Source: Clostridia bacterium
GTDB taxonomy: Bacteria > Bacillota > Clostridia > Oscillospirales > UBA644
Direction: 5' to 3'
DNA: 64,000 nt
Assembly: GCA_014872655.1 (NCBI GenBank)
Contig: WHHJ01000003.1
Span: 863 to 64,862, forward strand
A model generated the notes under the pieces. It was not told the DNA's origin. It saw only the letters and a program-made list of their open reading frames with translations, and made no database searches. How positions within the stretch are numbered: position 1 is the first letter of the stretch; every line of letters begins with the position of its first letter. The position numbers were made by a program, and so were the translations under genes. This document shows, piece by piece, positions 18,521-27,546 of this stretch.

Positions 18521-19540
18521 ATGATACGGGTCAATAGGTTGACAAAGCGTTATGGCACGAATATAGCCGTCAATCAGGTCGGATTTGAGGTCGGCAGAGG
18601 TGAAATTGTCGGTTTACTGGGACCGAATGGTGCCGGAAAAACGACGATTATGAATATTCTGACCGGATATATTTCCACCTCGGAGGGAACGGCCCGTATC
18701 GGTGGATACGATGTTTTAGAGGCGCCGGATAAGGTAAAAGCGCTGATCGGATATTTGCCGGAAGTTCCTCCGCTGTATCCGGATATGACGGTTTCAGAGT
18801 ATTTGTCTTTTGTTTATGATTTAAAAAAGAGTAAATTAAAAAAAGAGCCGCATTTGGAAGAAGTGCAGACGGTTACAAAATTACAGGATGTTTCCGGACG
18901 GTTGATTCGAAACCTTTCTAAAGGATATAAACAGCGTGTCGGATTAGCGCAGGCTTTAGTGGGGAATCCGCCTATTTTAATTTTGGATGAACCTACTGTT
19001 GGTTTGGACCCCCGGGAGATTAAAGAGATCCGCGGCTTGATTAAGCGGCTTGGCGCTACTCATACGATCTTGCTCAGCTCTCACATTTTGACGGAAATTC
19101 AGGCCATTTGTCAACGAGTGTTGATTATTAACGGCGGTTATCTTGTTCGGGACGAGTTGACTGAAGATTTGCTGAACGAGGCGACGACGTCCAATCGTTT
19201 TGCCGTGCGTTTAGTTGCTCCCAAAGAAGAAGCGCTTCGCTTATTGCCTGCTCTGGAAGGCGTGGCATCCGTAGAGTTTGTCGGGACCTATGAGAAGGGA
19301 ACGATAGACCTCATCATTACGGTTAAAGAAGGTGCGGATATCCGCCGGACGTTATTTGATTTTTGTGCCAAGCATTCATGGTATATTTTGATGATTACGC
19401 CGTTAGGAATTTCTTTGGAAGACGTGTTTATCCAACTAACCGGAGGCTCGCCAATTGAACAGGCCCGGGCGTTAGCAGAGCGCCGCCGGCGTCTTGCTGC
19501 GTCAAAGAAAGAAGAAAATCAGCAGAAAGGGGACCAATAA
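18521..19540 (+). CDS. ABC transporter ATP-binding protein (ABC-2/GldA-like)
   Basis: It has Walker A GPNGAGKTT, the signature LSKGYKQR and Walker B ILILDEP. Confidence 0.85.
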   Translation: MIRVNRLTKRYGTNIAVNQVGFEVGRGEIVGLLGPNGAGKTTIMNILTGYISTSEGTARIGGYDVLEAPDKVKALIGYLPEVPPLYPDMTVSEYLSFVYDLKKSKLKKEPHLEEVQTVTKLQDVSGRLIRNLSKGYKQRVGLAQALVGNPPILILDEPTVGLDPREIKEIRGLIKRLGATHTILLSSHILTEIQAICQRVLIINGGYLVRDELTEDLLNEATTSNRFAVRLVAPKEEALRLLPALEGVASVEFVGTYEKGTIDLIITVKEGADIRRTLFDFCAKHSWYILMITPLGISLEDVFIQLTGGSPIEQARALAERRRRLAASKKEENQQKGDQ

Positions 19541-20247
19541 TGGGTGCTGTTTACAGACGAGAGTTACTGTCATATTTTAAAAATCCGATTGGATATTTTG
19601 TCATTGGTGTTTATGCGCTGTTAAGCGGGGTTCTGTTTGTGGTATCCACGTTTGGCCAGTCTACCAGTTCTATGGGCGGATATTTCAGCAGCCGTTGGTT
19701 TTATTTTATCAATTTAGCGGTTGTGGTTATGTTTTCTTTTAAATTTTTCAGTGAAGAAAAAAAGAATCGAACTGATCAGCTTTTATTAACCTCGCCGGTT
19801 TCGATCCCTGCCTTGGTTTTTGGTAAATTTTTCAGCGCTAGTTTTATTTTTGTTTGTCTGACGCTGATCAATGTAATATACGCGGTAATTATCAGTGTAT
19901 TCGGTCAGTTATATGCAGGGGATTTTCTGGTTCAGATGATCGGCACGGTTTTCATCGGAATCGCCATGATCAGTGTTGCCGTTTTTTTGTCAAGCTGTAC
20001 CGAAAGCCAGATTGGCACCGTTTCTGCGACCTTTGCGGTTTTGGGTATGATGGTGGTGGTCGATGCGGTTTTGAATTATTTGCCAAACTGGTTGGCATCG
20101 GTGCTGAGCAGTTTGTCCCTGTACACAAAATTCAGTGATTTTTCGATGGGTATTTTCAGTCTGTTTCCCACTATTTATTATCTTTCTGTCACCGGCGTCT
20201 TTTTGTTTTTAACCGTTCGGATGATCGAAAAACGCAGATGGGCGTAG
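19540..20247 (+). CDS. ABC-2 type permease (GldF-like)
   Basis: This is a 235-aa polytopic membrane protein. Its start overlaps the ATPase stop (TAATG). Confidence 0.7.
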   Translation: MGAVYRRELLSYFKNPIGYFVIGVYALLSGVLFVVSTFGQSTSSMGGYFSSRWFYFINLAVVVMFSFKFFSEEKKNRTDQLLLTSPVSIPALVFGKFFSASFIFVCLTLINVIYAVIISVFGQLYAGDFLVQMIGTVFIGIAMISVAVFLSSCTESQIGTVSATFAVLGMMVVVDAVLNYLPNWLASVLSSLSLYTKFSDFSMGIFSLFPTIYYLSVTGVFLFLTVRMIEKRRWA

Positions 20248-20250
20248 GGG

Positions 20251-21819
20251 GTGATGTCGATGAATAGAAAATGGAAGCATGGAGCCACCGCAACCGTTTC
20301 TGTGGTAATTGTGTTGGTGATTGCGATCTTTTTAAATGTAACGCTTTCCGTGTTAGACGGCGTTTTTGACTTGTCTGTCGATTTTTCCTCTTCGCAAATG
20401 ACCGCCATCGATGATATCTCCAAATCGATTTTAGAGCAGTTGGATAAAGATATTGAAATCATTATCAACGGTAAAGAGGAAGATTTTAAATCTCAGGGTT
20501 TTGTACAAGTACAGGCCGAACAGACTTCTGAGACTTCATCAGAGACCTCTTCGTCACAGACAAAAGCGATTTCTTCAAAACGATATATTTATGAATTAAC
20601 AGACAGTTTTCGCAAAAACAGTGACCGCATTACCGTTCACTATGTAGACACCCGTTATAATCCCGGATTTTTTAAAGATCGTGGGATTACCTTGCAGGAC
20701 GATACAGTCATTACAGTATATTGTCCGGAAACGCGGCGTTACTTTTTCATTGAAGAAGGCGTATTCGAATACAGTCAGTATGTTGGGCTGGAACGCCGGA
20801 TTGACGCCGGAATCCGCTCGGTTTCTAAAGATGATATTCGAACGATTGGTGTGATTACCGGTCATAATGAAAAAACATCCGAGCGTCTTGTTGAGTTATT
20901 GGTCAACAATGCTTATACGGTAAATTTCATTGATTTAACGACTGAAACCGATTTAAAGAACAGTGCAGATATTCTTGTGATTGCCAATCCGACGATTTCT
21001 TATTCTGCTGATGATATTAAAAAATTGCGGGATTTTTTATATAATGACGGCAATTATGGGAAAAGTTTGATGGTTTTTGCCGATACCGACATGCCTCAAA
21101 ACGAGCGATTAGAAGAATTTCTTGAGGTGGAATGGGGCCTTCGACTGGAAGATAAGGTGGTTATCGATAAAGACAATACGATAACTGCAACCGCAGTGGA
21201 AGATTCTTATATGAAAGTAGGGTATTTTGATTCGGAGATGTCGCGGAATTTGGCTGGGGATTTATATGATAAAAACAATACCTTGGCTGTTCCTGTCGGC
21301 AAGTTGCGCCAGGTCTCTGCCGCTTTTGAGAGCAAGGACGGCATACAGGTTCGGCGGTTACTGAGTACGTTGAGTCAAAATGCTTTTTCCAAACAGATCG
21401 GATCTGTTGTGATTGATTCTACAGATTTATCTTCCATACAAAAAACGGCCGAAGATGAAAGTGGACAACTTGTTGTTGCTGCGATTTCCTATATCCAGCG
21501 CTCTTCGGATACCGAGGATCAGTATGGTTTGACTTCGTCATCGGTGTCGTTGTTTGGTACGACCTGTTTTATGGATGATAATTCTGTACTAAATGTTACG
21601 GGGAATACCTCCGCTACGGCGGAGTATATGCTGAATAGTTTACGTTATCTTTCTCACGATGAAACATTTGTAAATATCACCGCTCAGTCGTTATTGTCCG
21701 GAGTATTAGAAGTGGAAGACAATATCGTGAAAGCCGTCAGCATTGTTTGTATTGCTGTGATTCCCATTATTTGCGGAGTCATTTGTGTGGCGGTGTGGAT
21801 AAGGAGGAAGAACCTTTAA
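20251..21819 (+). CDS. GldG-like ABC-transporter auxiliary protein (N- and C-terminal TM anchors, large ectodomain)
   Basis: The 522-aa ORF has an N-terminal TM (VSVVIVLVIAIFLNV) and a C-terminal TM (IVCIAVIPIICGVICVAVWI). It sits immediately after the ABC-2 permease. The start is ambiguous (GTG 20251, ATG 20254 or ATG 20260). Confidence 0.55.
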   Translation: MMSMNRKWKHGATATVSVVIVLVIAIFLNVTLSVLDGVFDLSVDFSSSQMTAIDDISKSILEQLDKDIEIIINGKEEDFKSQGFVQVQAEQTSETSSETSSSQTKAISSKRYIYELTDSFRKNSDRITVHYVDTRYNPGFFKDRGITLQDDTVITVYCPETRRYFFIEEGVFEYSQYVGLERRIDAGIRSVSKDDIRTIGVITGHNEKTSERLVELLVNNAYTVNFIDLTTETDLKNSADILVIANPTISYSADDIKKLRDFLYNDGNYGKSLMVFADTDMPQNERLEEFLEVEWGLRLEDKVVIDKDNTITATAVEDSYMKVGYFDSEMSRNLAGDLYDKNNTLAVPVGKLRQVSAAFESKDGIQVRRLLSTLSQNAFSKQIGSVVIDSTDLSSIQKTAEDESGQLVVAAISYIQRSSDTEDQYGLTSSSVSLFGTTCFMDDNSVLNVTGNTSATAEYMLNSLRYLSHDETFVNITAQSLLSGVLEVEDNIVKAVSIVCIAVIPIICGVICVAVWIRRKNL

Positions 21820-23307
21820 ATGAATAAAACGATAAAATGGATTGTAATCGGATGCGTGGTTGCGTTATTGTGTATTGCGGCTTTTTTTATCGTGCAGCTT
21901 ATTCCGAAGCCGGAGCCTTTGCCCGAAGATAGCGGAGTTGGGGAAGATTATGTACGGGACGGACAAAGTATTTATACTGTAGCTGCCGCCAATGTAGGTT
22001 CGGTAGAGGTTTGGAATGAGAACGATACCTTTTCTGTACGGTTAGGCGAAGACGGGAATGCCGTAATCGTCGGCCGAGAAGGTGTTCCGGTATTAACGGC
22101 TTCTGTAAACGGATTGTATGAGAGTGTGCAGGATATTCGAGTGGAGTCTGTAATTGCTTCCAATGTGCAGGATCTTTCGGATTATGGCCTGCAGGAGCCT
22201 CAGGCGACTTTGACGGTTCACAAAACAGGTACCAATGCAGATGATGTCTTTTATTTAGGAGACAAAACGCCGGATGGAGACGCTTATTATTTTTGCAAGT
22301 CCGACAGTCGGGACGTGTTTGCGGTTAGTACTTATTTTGCCGAGCGGTTGTTAAAGACACGGTCTGATTACTATTCGGCTGTAATATCTGCTGCGTATGC
22401 CGAGGAAGATTTTGTCAGCCTGGGTATTGAATATCCCAATGCGGAGAATAATATCTTTGTGCGGATGTGTACGCAGGAAGAAATCGACAGTAAACAATAT
22501 GAAAGTACGATGATCATGACATCTCCGTTTACGAACGGGGCCGACTCCGATACGATTCGTGCCGATGTTGCGACAGTTCGCAACCTGAATGCAACACGGA
22601 TTGTAGATGATGATCCTGCTGATTTGTCAGTATATGGCCTGGATCAGCCGATTGTTGTGAAGATTACGGTTGATATTGATAAAACACAGGCATTGATTGA
22701 TAATATCACCAATCCCTATTATGATCCGTCTGCCGAGGAGGGAGACGTTGAAACGGTTACAATGACCTACAGGGTCGGCAGTAAAGGCGATAACGAACGG
22801 TACGTTATGTACGGCGATGCGAATGTTGTATATGCGGTAGAGTCCAGTTGCTTTGATTTTGCCGCGCAGCCTGTGGACCATTTTTGCCAGCGTTTGATTT
22901 CCATCCGGTATTTGAAAGATTTGGATTATTTTACTGTAGAGCGCGACGGCGTATCGTATCGGATCGATGTTTCCGTGACGACAGAGGACGATAAGACCAC
23001 GTATGCCGGATCGTATCAGGGGCGTACGCTGGATGGCCCATCCATGCAAAATCTGTACAAGCAGATTATTGGTCTGAGTAATTACGGGATGGGTGAGGAT
23101 CCACAAACAGAACCGATGATGACCATTGTTTTGCACGGAAAAGATGGAGTGGAGACGAAAATGGAATTTTTACCGATCAATGAGGATGAATTATATGCTT
23201 TTGCCCGAGTCGATGGTGGCGGACGCTTTTTGATCTTAACGTCCAAGTTAGATATCATCTGGCAAAATACACAGACACTGATTACTGGCGGAAAGGTGTC
23301 TGCATAA
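21820..23307 (+). CDS. membrane-anchored protein, DUF4340-like partner of GldG-type systems
   Basis: The 495-aa ORF has a single N-terminal TM (WIVIGCVVALLCIAAFFIV), and its ATG abuts the preceding stop. The family assignment comes from gene context and architecture only. Confidence 0.45.
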   Translation: MNKTIKWIVIGCVVALLCIAAFFIVQLIPKPEPLPEDSGVGEDYVRDGQSIYTVAAANVGSVEVWNENDTFSVRLGEDGNAVIVGREGVPVLTASVNGLYESVQDIRVESVIASNVQDLSDYGLQEPQATLTVHKTGTNADDVFYLGDKTPDGDAYYFCKSDSRDVFAVSTYFAERLLKTRSDYYSAVISAAYAEEDFVSLGIEYPNAENNIFVRMCTQEEIDSKQYESTMIMTSPFTNGADSDTIRADVATVRNLNATRIVDDDPADLSVYGLDQPIVVKITVDIDKTQALIDNITNPYYDPSAEEGDVETVTMTYRVGSKGDNERYVMYGDANVVYAVESSCFDFAAQPVDHFCQRLISIRYLKDLDYFTVERDGVSYRIDVSVTTEDDKTTYAGSYQGRTLDGPSMQNLYKQIIGLSNYGMGEDPQTEPMMTIVLHGKDGVETKMEFLPINEDELYAFARVDGGGRFLILTSKLDIIWQNTQTLITGGKVSA

Positions 23308-23341
23308 AGGTTATGCAATATATTGAAAAGAGGTAATATGT

Positions 23342-25273
23342 ATGAAAATTATTTTAAAAGACGGCAGTCAGATTGAGGTGCCTCAGAAAAGCAGTGCTTA
23401 TGATTGTGCGATGCAGATTTCTGCCGGATTAGCGCGTAATGCGCTGGCTTGCGAAATCAATGGGGTTGTTCGGGAACTGACTACGGTTTTGCAAGACGGA
23501 GATCAATTAAATCTGTTGACTTTTTCGGATAAAAAAGGAAAAGAAGTTTTTTGGCATACCAGTTCTCATGTATTAGCACAGGCAGTAAAAAGATTGTACC
23601 CTGAAACAAAACTGACCATTGGCCCGGCGATTGAAAACGGTTTTTATTATGATTTTGACAGTTCCATCAGTTTTACACCTGAAATTTTACAGCAAATTGA
23701 AGCGGAAATGAAAAAAATTGTCAAAGAAGGATATCGTGTAGAACGGTTTGAACTTTCGCGTGAACAGGCATTGCAGCAGGAAAAAGATGAGCCTTATAAA
23801 ATGGAGTTGATCCAGGAATTGCCGCAGGATGAAACGATCAGCTTTTATAAGCAGGGTGAATTTACTGATCTTTGTGCCGGTCCGCATTTATACGATGTGT
23901 CCAAGATCAAAGCAATCAAATTAACGCAATGCACCGGTGCTTATTGGCGCGGCGATGCGAAAAATAAAATGTTGCAGCGGATTTACGGGATTTCTTTTTT
24001 GAAAGCAAGTGACTTGGACGAATATTTGAAGCAAATGGAGGAAGCCCGTAAGCGCGATCATAATAAATTAGGCCGGGAATTGGAACTGTTTACCACTTCT
24101 GAAGTAATTGGTCAGGGTTTGCCGATTCTTCTGCCGAAAGGTGCGCGCATTATCCAAATTTTGCAGCGGTTTGTAGAAGATGAGGAGCAAAAGCGCGGCT
24201 GGTTGTTGACGAAGACTCCCTATATGGCCAAGAGTGATTTGTATAAAATTTCCGGCCACTGGGATCACTATCAGGATTCCATGTTTGTGTTGGGAGATGA
24301 AGAAAAAGACAAGGAAGTTTTTGCTCTTCGGCCGATGACCTGTCCGTTCCAGTATCAGGCATATCTGAATCGTAATCGTTCTTATCGGGATTTGCCGTTG
24401 CGGTATAACGAAACGTCTACGCTGTTTCGTAAGGAAGCGTCCGGAGAGATGCACGGATTGATTCGTTTGCGGCAGTTTACGATTTCAGAAGGGCATTTGA
24501 TGTGCACGCCCGAGCAATTGGAGCAAGAGTTCAAAGGCTGCTTGGAACTGGCTATTTATATGTTAAAAACGCTCGGTCTTTATGAAGATGTCAGCTATCG
24601 GTTTTCGAAATGGGATCCGGAAGACCGGGAAAAATATATCGGAACTCCGGAACAATGGGATGAAGCTCAGGGCATTATGCAGAAGATTCTCGACCATTTA
24701 GGCCTTGATTATGAAATCGGTGTTGGAGAGGCAGCTTTTTATGGACCTAAATTGGATATTCAGATTCGGAATGTATACGGCAAGGAAGACACATTGATCA
24801 CCATCCAGATTGACCAATTGTTGGCTGAAAATTTCGGAATGGAGTATGTGGACCGCGACGGAGAGAAAAAACATCCCTATATTATTCACAGAACCTCTAT
24901 TGGCTGTTACGAGCGTACGCTTGCGTTATTGATTGAAAAATATGCAGGTGCATTTCCGACCTGGCTGGCTCCGGTACAAGTAAAGGTTCTTCCGATTTCC
25001 GACAAGTATGTGGAGTATGCTTCACAAATACAGCAAAAATTGTTCGATGCCGGAATCCGGGCAGAAATCGACGACCGAGCAGAGAAGATCGGGTATAAAA
25101 TCCGTGAAGCACAGCTGCAGAAAATTCCGTTTATGCTGATTGCGGGAGAAAAAGAACAGGCGGAATCTACCGTTAGTGTTCGTGCTCGCCGGGACGGCGA
25201 TGTTGGTTCGATGAAATTGGATGAATTTTTGAACATGATTCAAAAACGGATTGAAACCAAAGAATTAGATTAA
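23342..25273 (+). CDS. thrS: threonine--tRNA ligase
   Basis: The 643-aa ORF has a TGS N-terminal domain, HSSHVLA-like WHTSSHVLAQA, class II motifs (FRKEASGEMHGLIRLRQF), and an anticodon-binding C-terminus. Confidence 0.92.
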   Translation: MKIILKDGSQIEVPQKSSAYDCAMQISAGLARNALACEINGVVRELTTVLQDGDQLNLLTFSDKKGKEVFWHTSSHVLAQAVKRLYPETKLTIGPAIENGFYYDFDSSISFTPEILQQIEAEMKKIVKEGYRVERFELSREQALQQEKDEPYKMELIQELPQDETISFYKQGEFTDLCAGPHLYDVSKIKAIKLTQCTGAYWRGDAKNKMLQRIYGISFLKASDLDEYLKQMEEARKRDHNKLGRELELFTTSEVIGQGLPILLPKGARIIQILQRFVEDEEQKRGWLLTKTPYMAKSDLYKISGHWDHYQDSMFVLGDEEKDKEVFALRPMTCPFQYQAYLNRNRSYRDLPLRYNETSTLFRKEASGEMHGLIRLRQFTISEGHLMCTPEQLEQEFKGCLELAIYMLKTLGLYEDVSYRFSKWDPEDREKYIGTPEQWDEAQGIMQKILDHLGLDYEIGVGEAAFYGPKLDIQIRNVYGKEDTLITIQIDQLLAENFGMEYVDRDGEKKHPYIIHRTSIGCYERTLALLIEKYAGAFPTWLAPVQVKVLPISDKYVEYASQIQQKLFDAGIRAEIDDRAEKIGYKIREAQLQKIPFMLIAGEKEQAESTVSVRARRDGDVGSMKLDEFLNMIQKRIETKELD

Positions 25274-25280
25274 TAAAGGA

Positions 25281-25322
25281 AAATATCGGGGCGCTGTAAT
25301 ATGGTAGCCCCGATATTTTTAT
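25281..25322 (+). terminator. rho-independent terminator after thrS
   Basis: The stem AAATATCGGGGC / GCCCCGATATTT is followed by a T run. Confidence 0.7.
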
Positions 25323-25402
25323 CTTATATTTTCATTCTGTTAAAGGATGTTGGGCTTGACTTTTTGTCAAGATGAAAGGAAGATTCCATTTATTTTTACA
25401 AG

Positions 25403-25431
25403 AAAAAAGGCAGCCAGTTGCTGCCTTTTTT
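25403..25431. terminator. bidirectional hairpin terminator (serves spoIVA on the minus strand)
   Basis: The structure is an A6 run, GGCAGC, a loop, GCTGCC, then a T6 run. It lies 2 nt downstream of the spoIVA stop. Confidence 0.7.
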
Positions 25432-25432
25432 C

Positions 25433-26917
25433 TTATAGGATAATACAAATCAGTCCGCCGCTGCCTTCGTTGATGATTTTTTCCAGTGTCTGGTGGACTT
25501 TGTCTCTTGCATCGTCGGGCATTTTGCTGAGTTTGGTGTGAAGACCTTCATTGACAAGTTCATGCAGTGTTTTTCCAAAAATATTGCTTTCCCAGATTTT
25601 TTTCGGATCATCTTCAAATTCTGTCAGCAAAAAGCGAACCAGATCTTCCGATTGTTTTTCACTGCCCACAATCGGAGAAACTTCGGTTTGGATGTCTGCT
25701 TTAATAATATGATAAGACGGAGCCGACGCTTTGAGCCGTACGCCGAACCGGGAACCCTGTCTGACAATTTGAGGTTCTTCCAGCGACAGTTCGTCAATCC
25801 CCGGTGTTACAATTCCGTATCCTTTGGCTTCTGCCTCTTTCATTGCGTCAGCAAAGCGGTCATACATTTGTTTTGAGGCAGATAATGTGGTGATTAAATG
25901 GATCAAATCTCCGTCATTTTCTAACTGTACACCCGTATTTTCGGCAATAACCCGATAAAATAGTGTTTGTGGGATATCGATTTCTATATCAGCGCATCCT
26001 GTACCTAAATCGATTCCTGTTACTTTTGTTTCATAAATAAATTCATTTTCATTTAGTTTTTGGGCCATTTCTTGGATTTGTTTAATACGTTCCAGTTTGC
26101 AGGCACATTGTTCGATATCATTATAGACAGACTGTTTGAGCCAATGCGTATCGTCTAACGAGTTTACCCAAGCCGGGATATTGATATTGATCTGGCTGAT
26201 ATTGAATTCATATAATACTTTACGCAAAACATCTTTAATTTCATTTTCGCCAATGCTGATGCAGTCAATGGGAATGACCGTTACGTCATATTCTTCTGCC
26301 ATTTTTTGTGCCAGATTCCGGGCATGATCAGAGTTCGGCTCGGTCGTGTTGAGTAAAACGGCAAACGGCTTTTTAATTTGTTTCAGTTCTCCGATGACGC
26401 GCCGTTCTGCGTCGAGATAGTCTTCTCTCGGTATTTCTCCGATGGAGCCGTCTGTTGTGATAACAAGTCCGATGGTCGAATGTTCGGTAATTACTTTTTG
26501 AGTTCCGATTTCTGCGGCCATATTAAAGGGTACTTGTTCTTCAAACCAAGGCGTCATGACCATTCTCGGACAATCATTTTCAATATATCCCAATGCACTG
26601 GGAACAATATACCCTACACAATCAATAAGACGAACAGACATGCCGATATTTTGATCTAATGTAATATGTACCGCTTCGTTTGGAATGAATTTAGGCTCGG
26701 TTGTCATAATGGTTCGTCCGGCTGCCGACTGCGGTAATTCGTCTGTTGCACGATCGCGTTTGAATTCTCCATCTATATTGGGAATTACAAGCGTTTCCAT
26801 AAATTTTTTAATAAAAGTAGATTTTCCGGTTCGGACAGGCCCGACAATTCCGATATAAATATCTCCGCCTGTCCGTTCGGCAATATCTCTGTATATGTTT
26901 GTATCTGCCATAGCCAT
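25433..26917 (-). CDS. spoIVA: stage IV sporulation protein A (spore coat morphogenetic ATPase)
   Basis: The 494-aa ORF begins NIYRDIAERTGGDIYIGIVGPVRTGKSTFIKKFM (Walker A), which is characteristic of SpoIVA. Confidence 0.9.
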   Translation of the reverse strand: MAMADTNIYRDIAERTGGDIYIGIVGPVRTGKSTFIKKFMETLVIPNIDGEFKRDRATDELPQSAAGRTIMTTEPKFIPNEAVHITLDQNIGMSVRLIDCVGYIVPSALGYIENDCPRMVMTPWFEEQVPFNMAAEIGTQKVITEHSTIGLVITTDGSIGEIPREDYLDAERRVIGELKQIKKPFAVLLNTTEPNSDHARNLAQKMAEEYDVTVIPIDCISIGENEIKDVLRKVLYEFNISQININIPAWVNSLDDTHWLKQSVYNDIEQCACKLERIKQIQEMAQKLNENEFIYETKVTGIDLGTGCADIEIDIPQTLFYRVIAENTGVQLENDGDLIHLITTLSASKQMYDRFADAMKEAEAKGYGIVTPGIDELSLEEPQIVRQGSRFGVRLKASAPSYHIIKADIQTEVSPIVGSEKQSEDLVRFLLTEFEDDPKKIWESNIFGKTLHELVNEGLHTKLSKMPDDARDKVHQTLEKIINEGSGGLICIIL

Positions 26918-26945
26918 TCTCCTTTGTGCATTTTTCTGTTATTCA

Positions 26946-26974
26946 TATGTATGAGTGCATTTTATGAAATATGC
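26946..26974 (-). promoter_or_regulatory. sigmaE-type (mother-cell) promoter upstream of spoIVA
   Basis: The minus strand reads GCATATT, 14 nt, then CATACATA. The remembered sigmaE consensus is ZHATAXX-14-CATACAHT. The -10 element ends about 28 nt before ATG 26917. Confidence 0.5.
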
Positions 26975-27008
26975 GTTTGTTTTTATAAACAATTTGGTTT
27001 CAATCAAA

Positions 27009-27046
27009 GGAAAAAGGATGCCAGATATTTATGGCATCCTTTTTCT
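27009..27046 (-). terminator. rho-independent terminator after the DUF378 gene
   Basis: The stem AGGATGCCA / TGGCATCCT is flanked by A5 and T5 runs. Confidence 0.65.
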
Positions 27047-27047
27047 G

Positions 27048-27269
27048 CTAGTCTTCGTTCAGTTCTCTTGAATAATCTTCCCGAAACAGTAGTGAAATAG
27101 ACCATAGGCCCGCTAAACCGACTAATGTGTATATGATTCTTGCTGCGACGCTTGCCGCTCCTCCACATATCCAAGCAACGGTATCAAAAGCGAAAATACC
27201 CACGCCTCCCCAGTTAAGGGCTCCGATTATTACCAGAACAAGAGCGATCTTGTCTATAATTTTCATCAT
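27048..27269 (-). CDS. DUF378-family small membrane protein
   Basis: MMKIIDKIALVLVIIGALNWGGVGIFAFD...YTLVGLAGLW is a typical DUF378 pattern. The ATG at 27269 sits behind GGAAAGGTG, and the upstream extension in the track was rejected. Confidence 0.75.
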   Translation of the reverse strand: MMKIIDKIALVLVIIGALNWGGVGIFAFDTVAWICGGAASVAARIIYTLVGLAGLWSISLLFREDYSRELNED

Positions 27270-27492
27270 TCTATTACACCTTTCCAAGGAAAAATGCATG
27301 ATAAGATTTCTTATCACATTCCTATTGTGTCCGAAGAATAATTTTTTTATACATCAGACTGAAAAAATATTTTTTATTTTCAAAAATGCAGGAATGTTGA
27401 TGACATAATTCATAATAGGCGTTTGATAGTATGTTTTTTCTGTTAAATTTGCAGGATTTTGTGTAAAAGTTTTAAAAATGAAGAGTTTAATA

Positions 27493-27521
27493 TTGACAGA
27501 TATCTTCTTTTTTGCTATACT
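27493..27521 (+). promoter_or_regulatory. sigmaA-type promoter
   Basis: TTGACA (27493-27498), 17 nt, then TATACT (27516-27521). It lies inside the tracked N-terminal extension, which supports the downstream TTG start. Confidence 0.55.
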
Positions 27522-27546
27522 GTTAAGGAAAAGGGAGGAGATCGGT

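Noticed and set aside
22627-23136. 169-aa minus-strand ORF
   Set aside because: It is entirely antisense to the DUF4340-like gene within a tightly coupled plus-strand operon. It has no RBS or promoter and an Ile/Asn/Arg-rich shadow composition.
25347-25541. 64-aa plus-strand ORF between thrS and spoIVA
   Set aside because: It runs across a bidirectional terminator and into the spoIVA coding region in antisense. No translation signals were seen.
27478-27546. Tracked ATG start giving a 480-aa synthase with a hydrophobic N-terminal extension
   Set aside because: A consensus TTGACA-17-TATACT promoter lies inside this extension. A strong SD (AAGGGAGGAG) precedes the in-frame TTG at 27547.
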